A stretch of DNA of 62,735 nt, the filler included, from Candidatus Tectimicrobiota bacterium (GTDB lineage: Bacteria; JACPSX01), in the NCBI GenBank assembly GCA_016193065.1. It is 6 parts of 6 records of this genome, joined end to end, with 100 filler letters (N's around TTAATTAATTAA, not from the genome) between each part and the next. Parts side by side here need not be neighbours in the genome. Positions count along the whole stretch, not along the records: positions 1 to 16,964 come from JACPSX010000200.1; 5 more parts are not named here. The stretch is one strand, 5' to 3'. The translations under genes were made by a program, and so were the position numbers. A model generated the notes under the pieces. The model saw only the letters and a program-made list of their open reading frames with translations. It ran no database searches and had not been told where the DNA came from. Below, piece after piece: positions 1 to 8,705 of this stretch (position 1 is the first letter of the stretch; each line of letters begins with the position of its first letter).

Positions 1-266
1 AGGTTGTCGAGCAAGTTCAGAAACTGGGTGGCTTGTTCCCCGCCCTGTTGATAGACCTCGTGATAAAGCTTATGCCTCTCATGAGCAAATCGCTCTCCTG
101 CCTTGCTCCTTTGATAGGCTCCGTGGCTTTCCAGATAAGGGCAACTGCTGGGGCAGGAGATCTTCACCAAACGGTACTGGCCACAGCATTGAGGGCAAAT
201 GAGACCCCCCAGAGCCGGGCAGCTCCGTTTCCCTTTTTGTTTCTGACAATGGACACACCGGGTCAT
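1..266 (-). CDS. Cys-rich hypothetical protein, N-terminal part (runs off the window; absent from the ORF track)
   Basis: Manual translation from ATG at 266: MTRCVHCQKQKGKRSCPALGGLICPQCCGQYRLVKISCPSSCPYLESH...; frame open to the window edge; upstream AAGGA. Confidence 0.75.
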   Translation of the reverse strand, partial: MTRCVHCQKQKGKRSCPALGGLICPQCCGQYRLVKISCPSSCPYLESHGAYQRSKAGERFAHERHKLYHEVYQQGGEQATQFLNLLDN

Positions 267-459
267 GTTTTTTCTTTTATCCTTCGACGGAAAGGCTGGA
301 TCTTTTGGGCAACAGGCCTCTAGGCTAACGGAAGGTTCCTTCGGTGTCAAGGGAGTTTGCCGAATCTGTTATTACAAGTCCTTTAAATCCATAATCTTAC
401 AAAAATGCTCCCGGGCTTCCACTCTGCCCACAGAAAGGGGGATATTTTTTTTCATCACA

Positions 460-489
460 CTTGATAATAGTACAATCAAGTTATATATA
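460..489 (+). promoter_or_regulatory. HAIR-like (HspR operator) inverted repeat overlapping a sigma70-like promoter
   Basis: CTTGATA-N7-AATCAAG at 460-480 vs HAIR consensus CTTGAGT-N7-ACTCAAG; TTGATA(461)-N17-TATATA(484); lies upstream of an Hsp20 fragment. Confidence 0.5.
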
Positions 490-527
490 GATAATCGAGT
501 CATGGCTAGAAGGAGGTGAACAACGAG

Positions 528-632
528 GTGGATCCTGAGAAGGTCGGGGCCGAGTACAAAGATGGGGTTCTCAGGATTACCCTTCCCAAGGTAGAGGCGG
601 CAATCCCGCGGAGAATCCAGATCACCGGTTGA
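528..632 (+). pseudogene. Hsp20/alpha-crystallin C-terminal fragment (34 aa)
   Basis: [34 protein letters not shown] carries the AxYxxGVLxITLPK and IxI motifs; RBS AGGAGGTG at 511-518; N-terminal part missing (in-frame TAG at 507). Confidence 0.75.
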
Positions 633-644
633 TCCTGGACCTAC

Positions 645-682
645 AAGCAAAAGCCCCGGGCAAGCCCGGGGCTTTTGCTTTT
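645..682 (+). terminator. Intrinsic terminator, likely bidirectional
   Basis: Perfect 16-bp inverted repeat AAGCAAAAGCCCCGGG-caag-CCCGGGGCTTTTGCTT directly after the hsp20 fragment. Confidence 0.85.
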
Positions 683-786
683 GCCGTCCCAATCTGACCA
701 GTTTTCTCGCTTCGCCTCCCTTGTCAGTCCAGAAAAAATAAAGTATTTTGATGTACTTCTACAGCCCTGGACGGGAAGGAGGAATC

Positions 787-1419
787 TTGATCATCGAATG
801 TCTCACCGTTGGACCGTTTGCCGAAAACACTTATCTTCTTGGTGATGAAGACAGTCGGGATGCCTATGTCATTGATCCGGGGGGTGATACGGACCGGATC
901 CTCCGGCTGGTCTCAAATCACGGACTCACTTTGCGCGGAATCATCAATACCCACGGGCACATCGACCACATCGCCGGAGTTCAGGAGCTGAAGGATCGGA
1001 CGGGCATCCCCTTCGCGATCCATGAACAGGAGCTCTTCACGCTGGAGAATGCCCCCCAGGCCGCCGCCCTGTTTGGCATGTTCAACCTCCGCAAACCCGA
1101 AGTGGACCGCTTTCTCCAGGATGGAGAACTCCTCTCTCTCGGCAACAAGACCATCCAGGTGGTGGCGACTCCGGGACATTCTCTAGGAGGGGTCAGCTTC
1201 CATATCGAGAACTCCATCTTTGTGGGAGACGCTCTCTTTGCCGGCTCCATAGGCCGCACCGACTTCCCCGGAGGGGATTACCAGACCCTGATTTCTTCCA
1301 TTAAGAACCGGATCCTGACTTTGCCCGATGACGCCATCGTGTATTCCGGTCACGGCCCCGAAACAACGGTGGGATGGGAGCGCCGCACAAACCCGTTTCT
1401 GACCGGCGGGGTCTCGTAG
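787..1419 (+). CDS. MBL-fold metallo-hydrolase (glyoxalase II-like)
   Basis: THGHIDH, TPGHS, GDALF, GHG motifs; TTG start at 787 after AGGAGG preferred to 748. Confidence 0.92.
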   Translation: MIIECLTVGPFAENTYLLGDEDSRDAYVIDPGGDTDRILRLVSNHGLTLRGIINTHGHIDHIAGVQELKDRTGIPFAIHEQELFTLENAPQAAALFGMFNLRKPEVDRFLQDGELLSLGNKTIQVVATPGHSLGGVSFHIENSIFVGDALFAGSIGRTDFPGGDYQTLISSIKNRILTLPDDAIVYSGHGPETTVGWERRTNPFLTGGVS

Positions 1420-1425
1420 CGCCCC

Positions 1426-2376
1426 ATGGATAACCTCAGCCACACGCTCGTAGGGGCCGCCATTGCGAACAGCGGGCCCCGCCAAAAATTCGGTAAAGCC
1501 GCCACCTGGACTCTTCTAGTCACCGCAAATTTGCCCGACATTGACGCGGTCCTACGGTTCTGGGGGCGGGATTTCTACATTCTTTACCACAGGAGCTTTA
1601 CCCATTCGGTGGTGGGGCTCTTCACGATTCCTCTCCTGGTCGCCGGGGTAATTCGCATTCTCTGGCCGGGAAAACGCTTCTGGACCTTTTACTGGATCTC
1701 GTTCCTGGGAATCCTCTCCCATCAGATTTTCGACCTAATCACTTCCTGGGAAACCCTCATCTTCCACCCTCTGAACCAGCACCGGTTTTCTCTGGGCTGG
1801 GTGTTTATCCTGGACTTTTTCTTCTGGGGAATTCTGGGTTTGCCGCTTCTCATCAGAATATTCTGGAAAATTGATCTCAGGAAATGGAGCCGCGTCTCCC
1901 TGGCGGTCCTCGCCCTCTACATTGGCTTCGCCGGGGGCAACTGGTGGAAGGCCCGGGACCTGGGGAGAGATCTGGCCGCGGGGCTCGGATCCGGGGCAGC
2001 TCTCATTGGGGTATATCCTCAACCCCTTTCCCCGCTCAATTGGGGAGCCATTGTGAAAGCCGATGGCCAGCTCCATCAGGTCTTCTTTCACACGTACGAC
2101 TCTCTTGCCACCTTGCACCAGCGCCCCAATCGCACCTTCGTTCAGAACCTTGACAACCCAGACGTGAAGGCCGCGCTAGCCACTCCTCCGGGCAGGGCCT
2201 ACCTGAAATGGGCTCAAGCTCCGGCTGCTCTCGTGGAGCAAAACGGCGAAGGGCCGGTCGTGATCCTTTACGATGTACGCTTCTTGCGCCCGGAGGGCGG
2301 TCCCCAACGCTGGTTCCACCTGACTATTGAGATGGACGAGAATCGGCGCTACCTGAGGCATTCCTGGGGAAGCTAA
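1426..2376 (+). CDS. Membrane-bound metal-dependent hydrolase (YdjM-like)
   Basis: N-terminal SH, NLPDID, HRSFTHS, SHQIFD motifs; several TM segments. Confidence 0.85.
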   Translation: MDNLSHTLVGAAIANSGPRQKFGKAATWTLLVTANLPDIDAVLRFWGRDFYILYHRSFTHSVVGLFTIPLLVAGVIRILWPGKRFWTFYWISFLGILSHQIFDLITSWETLIFHPLNQHRFSLGWVFILDFFFWGILGLPLLIRIFWKIDLRKWSRVSLAVLALYIGFAGGNWWKARDLGRDLAAGLGSGAALIGVYPQPLSPLNWGAIVKADGQLHQVFFHTYDSLATLHQRPNRTFVQNLDNPDVKAALATPPGRAYLKWAQAPAALVEQNGEGPVVILYDVRFLRPEGGPQRWFHLTIEMDENRRYLRHSWGS

Positions 2377-2703
2377 AGCCCCTCTTTCGATCCTCACCAA
2401 TTTGGGTCAGGTCCGAACAAGAGAATTCTTCAGGGCGGCATTGCGAACACGCAAAAAGAGACCCCAGATGGGCAACGCAAGGCCTGTCCCGCTCCCTCTC
2501 TCCCTTTTGGCCAAGCCCTACCTACCCACCTGGGGGCTGGGGTGGCAGCAGATTGATCAGTGCTTCTCTGCTAAGTTAGAGGCTCCTTATTCGGCTGGAG
2601 CTTTATTGCTTTTTACTCTCCAGTAGGAGATCGGATAAGAAAACCTAATTGTGAGAATAGAGCTGATACGGAGGAAATCAAAGGAAGTGGGTCACCTTTT
2701 TTC

Positions 2704-2719
2704 TGTGACCGGGATCACA
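2704..2719. promoter_or_regulatory. Consensus CRP box
   Basis: TGTGA-CCGGGA-TCACA, overlapping the stop codon of the crp-family gene. Confidence 0.45.
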
Positions 2720-3425
2720 TCGAGAGGGAACCGGCCGCTTCACGCTTAAGCCTGTCGGGATGAACGATTGTAATCCGCCGGCGCTCGATGCGGACCAGAC
2801 CCGCCTTCTGGAAATCAGCCAGAACCCGGGTCAGGGTTTCCCGGGAAATTCCAACCAGATCGGCCAGCTCCTTGCGGGTCAGGGAAAGGGGGATCTCGGC
2901 CCCCGCACTGAGCGGAATCTTTCTCTCTTCAACTAGATCCAGGAGAATCGAGGCGACTTTCTCATAGGCATCGGCAAAGACCAGGCGCCGGATCTTTTCA
3001 TTGGCCTTGCGCAGCCGGCGGCTCACCGTGGTCAGCATCTTCATCACCACTTTCGGGTGTTTCGGAATAAATTTCAAGAACTGTTCCCGGAGAAGAACCA
3101 ACGCCTGACAAGGCTCCAGCGCCGTTACAGTGGCCGAGCGATAATCACCGTCAAGCAAAGACATCTCCCCGAAGAAATCCCCCTCCTCCAGAATCCGCAA
3201 GATGAGCTCTTTGCCGTGCCGCTCCTCGACGCTTACCTTGACGGTCCCCTTCCTGATCACAAATAGAGCACTCCCCAGGTCCTGGGCATGGAAGATAACC
3301 TCATTTTTCCGGAAGGAGCGCTCCTGAACGACGGTCTCCAGTTCCCGGATCTCGTCGTCCGAGAGATCGCTAAAAAGGCTAACCTGGCGCAAAAAAGACT
3401 GCTTGTTCATCAGCCCTGCCTCCAC
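2715..3425 (-). CDS. Crp/Fnr family transcriptional regulator (cAMP-binding type)
   Basis: cNMP cassette FFGEMSLLDGDYRSATV; HTH LTRKELADLVGISRETLTR. Confidence 0.95.
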   Translation of the reverse strand: MEAGLMNKQSFLRQVSLFSDLSDDEIRELETVVQERSFRKNEVIFHAQDLGSALFVIRKGTVKVSVEERHGKELILRILEEGDFFGEMSLLDGDYRSATVTALEPCQALVLLREQFLKFIPKHPKVVMKMLTTVSRRLRKANEKIRRLVFADAYEKVASILLDLVEERKIPLSAGAEIPLSLTRKELADLVGISRETLTRVLADFQKAGLVRIERRRITIVHPDRLKREAAGSLSM

Positions 3426-3439
3426 TGACTTTCCTTGCC

Positions 3440-3514
3440 TTCTACACTAGGCTAAACTCCCTGTCAATGTGTGGAATCGGCTCATTGACACCAAAGCATC
3501 CAGGGTGGTATAAA
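3440..3514. promoter_or_regulatory. Back-to-back sigma70-like promoters
   Basis: + strand TTGACA(3485)-N18-TATAAA(3509); - strand TTGACA at 3467-3462 facing crp. Confidence 0.55.
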
Positions 3515-3602
3515 ATTATAAGCGAAATAATCTATTCCGCCGTATGGCAGCCTTCCAAAATGTGGTTTCGCCGAGTCCAAGTCTTTCGGGGGGGAGACTC
3601 TC

Positions 3603-4580
3603 TTGGGGCTTACAGCCGAGCAAGTGAAACAGAAAGGGAAGGAACTCGGTGCGGACCTGGTCGGGATCTGCAGCGCCCAAACCTTGAATGAAAACCCTCC
3701 GGACCCCAAATTCCCCCAGATCCCTGCCAACATTTCCTCCGAGATTAAAAGTGTGGTTGCCATTATCAAACGGATTCCCGTCGGGGCCTTTCGGGCCAGG
3801 AACATGGCCTGCGTTCACCACATCGACCAACTGGTCCTGCGCGAGCACGACAAGATCGCCTACCGGATCGCCCGTTACCTGGAGCAGGAAGGATACTATG
3901 CCTTTCAAACCGCTGCCCAGGAGACCTCATGGGAGATGAAGCGGGGCAGCTACGGATATCTCTCCACCCGCCACGTTGCCATCGAGGCCGGTTTGGGAAC
4001 TCTGGGGCTTGAACTCAACCTGATGACTCACGAATTTGGTCCCCGCTGCTACACGACGTGCATTCTGACCACAGCAGAGCTCGCTCCGGATCCCAAAATG
4101 ACCGAGCAAGTCTGCATCGGCGAGACCTGTAGCCGCTGCCTGCACTCCTGCCCGGCCAGTGCCGTCCTGCACTGGGGAATCGACAAGCGGGCCTGCGCTA
4201 CGGTAGCTCAAGAATACGGAGTGGCGGCCCTCTTCAAGGTGTTTGAGCGCGTCATTGCCGCCGAAACCGGGGAGGATCGCATGAAGGCGGTGCGCAACCT
4301 CAAGTGGTTCGGCATCTGGCAAGGGCTTCTCCGGGTGGTCGGGGCTTTTGGAGATTGCCCCCGTTGCCTGGCCGTCTGCCCCGTGGGAGAGGACTATCAT
4401 TACCTGAGTGAGTGCCAACGGGAGATCCCCGAGAAGACCCCGGAGAAATTATCCGCGGGCAAAGCCATGGCCAAAGCCCGAAAGGCTGGAGAGGAGATCG
4501 TGGGACTTTCCGGGCACCGTATTCGCTGGATCGGGGAAGAGGGCTACAAACCTCCCAAGTTGCGAAAGGCAGGCCGATGA
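3603..4580 (+). CDS. QueG/reductive dehalogenase-like cobalamin-dependent 2x[4Fe-4S] protein, paralog 1
   Basis: STRHVAIEAGLGTLGL...FGPR...LTTAELAPD; Cx4Cx2Cx3CP and Cx2Cx3CP motifs. Confidence 0.8.
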   Translation: MGLTAEQVKQKGKELGADLVGICSAQTLNENPPDPKFPQIPANISSEIKSVVAIIKRIPVGAFRARNMACVHHIDQLVLREHDKIAYRIARYLEQEGYYAFQTAAQETSWEMKRGSYGYLSTRHVAIEAGLGTLGLELNLMTHEFGPRCYTTCILTTAELAPDPKMTEQVCIGETCSRCLHSCPASAVLHWGIDKRACATVAQEYGVAALFKVFERVIAAETGEDRMKAVRNLKWFGIWQGLLRVVGAFGDCPRCLAVCPVGEDYHYLSECQREIPEKTPEKLSAGKAMAKARKAGEEIVGLSGHRIRWIGEEGYKPPKLRKAGR

Positions 4581-5542
4581 CCGCCGAGCTTACCTCCAGG
4601 GACGTCAAAGAAAAAGCCCGGGAACTCGGCGCGGATCTCGTTGGCATTGTTGCTGGCGTCTCTCTAAACGCAAACCCACCGGATCCCAAAATTCCCCAGA
4701 CTCCGGAGCGGATCACTCCCGACTCAAAAAGCGTGATTGTCTTAGCCAAGGCCTTTTTGCGGGGCACCTCTCGCCTGAAGGGGAAAAACGACCGTCACAA
4801 GCAATACTCGGCCGAGCTTCAGTTCAGTGAGCTGGAAGAAATATCCCTGCGGCTTGTCTACTTTCTCGAAGATCACGGCTATCCTTCCATCACGGTCCCC
4901 CCCATGCATAACGAAGCCCTCATGTACCGGGCCGACGGCCGCAGCCATGGTCCCCTCTCCCTCCCCCACGCCGCTGTGGAAGCGGGCCTGGGAACCCTGG
5001 GGCTCAACCTCATGCTGCTTACCCCCGAATACGGCCCCCGGGTCCTGCTCGGTGCGGTCCTGACCTCAGCGGACCTGGAGCCGGACTCCAGGATGGAGAC
5101 TGCACTCTGTTTGGGGGAGGAGTGCGGTCGCTGCCTGCTCACCTGTCCGGGCGACGCCGTCCTGCACTGGGGTCTTGATGCCGCCAAATGCGCCCCCCAT
5201 GCTTCCCCCTACGGGTTCGAGTTTCTCCTCAACCACATGGAGAACATCGTGAAAACCCCCGAAAAGGAAAAGCAGCTTGCGCTCTTGCGCAGCGCCGAAA
5301 CGTTCAATGCCTGGCAGAGTATTCTGCGCGGCGTTGGCGTTTACACCGGTTGTACGCGGTGCGTGGACGTTTGCCCTGTGGGGAAGGATTACGAGGCCCA
5401 CATCAAGTCCGCTCAGGAGGAAATCCCCGAGGAAACTCCGCAAAAGCGGGCCCGTCTGGCCGAAATGCTCAAGCGTCGCAGAAAGGGGGACCCGATCGTC
5501 GGTTTGGAGGCCTCACGGCGCTGGATTGGAAACCGCCCGTAG
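4577..5542 (+). CDS. QueG/reductive dehalogenase-like cobalamin-dependent 2x[4Fe-4S] protein, paralog 2
   Basis: ATGA overlap with paralog 1; HAAVEAGLGTLGLN...EYGPRV; CLGEECGRCLLTCP and CTRCVDVCP. Confidence 0.8.
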   Translation: MTAELTSRDVKEKARELGADLVGIVAGVSLNANPPDPKIPQTPERITPDSKSVIVLAKAFLRGTSRLKGKNDRHKQYSAELQFSELEEISLRLVYFLEDHGYPSITVPPMHNEALMYRADGRSHGPLSLPHAAVEAGLGTLGLNLMLLTPEYGPRVLLGAVLTSADLEPDSRMETALCLGEECGRCLLTCPGDAVLHWGLDAAKCAPHASPYGFEFLLNHMENIVKTPEKEKQLALLRSAETFNAWQSILRGVGVYTGCTRCVDVCPVGKDYEAHIKSAQEEIPEETPQKRARLAEMLKRRRKGDPIVGLEASRRWIGNRP

Positions 5543-5619
5543 ACCCCCCGTTTTCCCTGCCTCTTGCAAACGACCCCCGGGGATGATAAAAGCAAACCCA
5601 TAGAGACACGTCCCGGGGT

Positions 5620-5706
5620 GCCGGAGTGGTGGAACTGGTAGACGCGCGGGACTCAAAATCCCGTGAGGGCAACCTCGTGTGGGTTCAAATCCCACCTCCG
5701 GCACCA
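5620..5706 (+). tRNA. tRNA-Leu(CAA)
   Basis: GCCGGAG/CTCCGGC acceptor stem, anticodon arm CGGGA-CT-CAA-AA-TCCCG, long variable arm, GGTTCAAATCC T-loop, encoded CCA. Confidence 0.97.
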
Positions 5707-5819
5707 AAAAACCCAATGCGAAATGGCGTCCTCCCCGTCTATTGCGCCAGGGGGGAAGCGCAGCCGGGTCGGAGGGCAGTAAGCAGCGGAATCCTGGTTC
5801 CAATTCCGCTTGAAAACAC

Positions 5820-7742
5820 ATGGCAGATTCAGAACAACCCACGAACTTTGGCGGATTGCGCGTAGCGGCCTTCGAGAGCCGCTTTGCCCCGGAGATGGCG
5901 CGCCTCATCGAAAAGTCCGGCGGCCAGCCCCTGGTGGCCCCCTCGATGCGCGAGATCCCGCTTGAGGAAAACCCCGCAGCCCTGGCCTTTGCCGAAAAGC
6001 TTTTCGCGGGACAATGCGACGTCCTGATTCTCCTGACCGGCGTAGGGACCCGCACGCTCGTGGAGGCCATCGAGACCCGCTACCCACGGGAAAAAATCCT
6101 GGAGGGACTGCGCCGGGTGCTGCTGGTGGCCAGGGGTCCAAAGCCGGTGGCGGCCCTCCGTTCCTTTGGAATCACCCCGCAGGTGATCGTCCCCGAGCCC
6201 AACACATGGCGCCAGATCCTGCAGGCTCTGGATGGCGCAATTCCGCTGCCCGGCCAGCAAGTCGCCGTGCAGGAGTACGGCATCCCCAACCGCGAGTTCC
6301 TGGCTGGGCTCGCGGGGCGGGGGGCCAACGTGATGCGTGTCCCGGTCTACAAATGGGCCCTGCCGGAGGACCTCGGCCCTCTCAGAAATGCCATCCAGGA
6401 GATCAGCGCGGGAAACGTCCACGTGGTCCTCTTCACCAACGCCCAGCAGGTTCAGCATCTCCTGCAAGTGGCCGGGAAGGAGGGCGTGATCGAGGGGCTG
6501 CGGCGCGGGGTGGCGCGGACGGTGATCTGCTCCATTGGGCCGGTGGCAAGCGAAGCTCTAGAGAAACAGGGGTTCCTGGTCGACTTCGAGCCGGAGCATT
6601 CGAAAATGGGGATCTTTGTCAAGGAAGCGGCCCGGATGAGCCGGAATCTGGTGGCGAGCAAACGGCGGCCGGTCATTACGATCGAGACCCCGGCGGCTGC
6701 GGCGGACCGGTTGCGTGACAGCCTCTTTCTGCGAGCCTGCCGCCTGGAACCCACGGAGCGAACGCCGGTTTGGCTCATGCGTCAGGCAGGGCGCTATATG
6801 AAGGAATACCGCGACCTGCGCGAGCGGGTCGGCTTCCTGGACCTCTGCAAGAACTCCGAGCTCGCCGCAGAGATCACCGTGAGTGCCGTTCAGCGCCTCG
6901 GCGTCGACGCGGCGATTCTCTTCGCGGATCTGCTCCTGGTCGTCGAGCCCATGGGTTTCGAATTGGAATACAGTAAGGGAGAGGGGCCGATCATCCACAA
7001 CCCCGCTCGCACGGCCGCCGATGTGGACCGGGTCCGCGCGGCTGACCCGGCCGATCTGGGATACGTCTACGAGTCCGTCCGCAAAGTGCGTGCGGCCCTT
7101 CCCGCCCATCTCCCGCTCATTGGCTTCGTCGGGGCGCCGTTCACGCTGGCCTCCTACCTCGTTGAAGGGGAGGGGACGCGGAACGCCGTGCTGACCAAGT
7201 CGCTCATGTACCGCGATCCGGGGGCCTGGCGGGCCATGATGGAGAAGCTGGTAACATCCCTTGCCGGCTATGCCAACGGGCAGGTTGCCGCCGGCGCGCA
7301 GGCGATCCAGATCTTCGACTCCTGGGTCGGCTGCCTATCTCCCCGGGACTACCGCGACTACGTCCTCCCCTTCACCCAGAGTCTGATCCGGCAGATCTCG
7401 GCTGTCCCGGTGATCCATTTCGGGACGGGAACCGCGACGCTGCTCGAACTGATGAAGGAGGCCGGAGGACAGGTCATCGGCCTGGACTGGCGGGTGAACC
7501 TGGACGAAGCCTGGGCCCGGCTCGGGAAGGTAGCGATCATGGGGAATTTCGACCCGGTCACGCTCTTTGCGGATGCCAAAATCATCCGCTCCCAGGTCGA
7601 GCGGATCCTCGCCCAGGCCGGCGGCCGCCCGGGGCACATCTTCAACCTGGGTCACGGGATCCTGCCGGGGACTCCCGTTGAAAACGTGATCGCCCTGGTG
7701 GAAGCAGTGAAAGAACTAAGCTGCCGGAGCACGGAAGCGTAG
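5820..7742 (+). CDS. hemE: Fused uroporphyrinogen-III synthase (HemD) / uroporphyrinogen decarboxylase (HemE)
   Basis: N-half ARGPKP, VPVYKW, FTNAQQV, SIGP (HemD); C-half PVWLMRQAGRYM, IFDSW, HIFNLGHG (HemE). Confidence 0.92.
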   Translation: MADSEQPTNFGGLRVAAFESRFAPEMARLIEKSGGQPLVAPSMREIPLEENPAALAFAEKLFAGQCDVLILLTGVGTRTLVEAIETRYPREKILEGLRRVLLVARGPKPVAALRSFGITPQVIVPEPNTWRQILQALDGAIPLPGQQVAVQEYGIPNREFLAGLAGRGANVMRVPVYKWALPEDLGPLRNAIQEISAGNVHVVLFTNAQQVQHLLQVAGKEGVIEGLRRGVARTVICSIGPVASEALEKQGFLVDFEPEHSKMGIFVKEAARMSRNLVASKRRPVITIETPAAAADRLRDSLFLRACRLEPTERTPVWLMRQAGRYMKEYRDLRERVGFLDLCKNSELAAEITVSAVQRLGVDAAILFADLLLVVEPMGFELEYSKGEGPIIHNPARTAADVDRVRAADPADLGYVYESVRKVRAALPAHLPLIGFVGAPFTLASYLVEGEGTRNAVLTKSLMYRDPGAWRAMMEKLVTSLAGYANGQVAAGAQAIQIFDSWVGCLSPRDYRDYVLPFTQSLIRQISAVPVIHFGTGTATLLELMKEAGGQVIGLDWRVNLDEAWARLGKVAIMGNFDPVTLFADAKIIRSQVERILAQAGGRPGHIFNLGHGILPGTPVENVIALVEAVKELSCRSTEA

Positions 7743-7759
7743 GCGCAAAGGCTGAAAAC

Positions 7760-8698
7760 ATGGCCGATCCCTATGATTCAGTCCTCTTGATCACGTTCGG
7801 CGGCCCGACAAAGCGGGAGGAGATCCGCCCCTTCCTCGATGTGGTCCTCGCGGGACGACCGATCCCGCCGGAGCGGTTTGAGCAAGTCGTTCTTCACTAC
7901 GAAGTGATCGGTGGCGCATCGCCGATCAACGAGATTACAGCGCGGCAGGCAGAGGCTCTGCGCGCAGAACTTATGGGCGCGGGGACCACTCTGCCGGTCT
8001 ATGTCGGGATGCGCAACTGGCACCCTTTCCTGGCCGATGTCCTGGCGAAGATGGCGGACAACGGGATCCGGCGCGCGGTCGGCTTTATCCTCGCGGCCCA
8101 CTGGAGTGAGGCGAGCTTCCAGCGGTATACGGAGTCAGTAAACGAAGGGCTGGCGCGGCTAGCAAACCGGGCCCCCGGCATCGACTACGTCGATCCCTGG
8201 TTCGACCATCCGCTCTTCATCCAGGTATTAGTCTCGCGTATCGAGGAGGTACTTCCCGTGCTTCCTCCGGATCGCCGCGACGGGGCTGCCTGGATCTTCA
8301 GCGCCCACAGCATCCCCTCTGCCATGGCAGGGGTAGATCGCTACCAGAGGGAGATCTCTCGCTCGGTCGAACTTGTTTGTGCCAGGCTGAGCCGGAAATC
8401 CTGGTCGATCGCCTACCAGAGTCGAAGCGGCAGCCCGCGGGATTCCTGGCTGGAGCCGGACATCGGGGACGCCATTCGAGTAGAAACTGCCAAGGGAACA
8501 AAGGACGTGCTGGTGATCCCCGTGGGATTTGTTGCCGATCACGTCGAGGTTCTGTATGACCTGGACATTCAGGCGAAAGAGATCGCTGAATCGTTGGGGC
8601 TCAACTACGTGCGGGCCAAGACCGTGGGGGAGCATCCGGCGTTTATCCGGATGATGGCTTCTGTTGTAGCGCAAAATCTAGCCAGGAACCCAGGATGA
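7760..8698 (+). CDS. hemH: Ferrochelatase
   Basis: GMRNWHP, FSAHSIP, YQSRSG, WLEPD, GFVADHVEVLYDLD. Confidence 0.95.
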   Translation: MADPYDSVLLITFGGPTKREEIRPFLDVVLAGRPIPPERFEQVVLHYEVIGGASPINEITARQAEALRAELMGAGTTLPVYVGMRNWHPFLADVLAKMADNGIRRAVGFILAAHWSEASFQRYTESVNEGLARLANRAPGIDYVDPWFDHPLFIQVLVSRIEEVLPVLPPDRRDGAAWIFSAHSIPSAMAGVDRYQREISRSVELVCARLSRKSWSIAYQSRSGSPRDSWLEPDIGDAIRVETAKGTKDVLVIPVGFVADHVEVLYDLDIQAKEIAESLGLNYVRAKTVGEHPAFIRMMASVVAQNLARNPG

Positions 8699-8705
8699 AC
8701 CAGGT

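Noticed and set aside
4412-4576. Longer start for QueG-like paralog 2
   Set aside because: Overlaps paralog 1; homology begins at the coupled ATG 4577.
5706-5820. Element integrated at tRNA-Leu
   Set aside because: No integrase or duplicated tRNA 3' end seen; heme genes follow directly.
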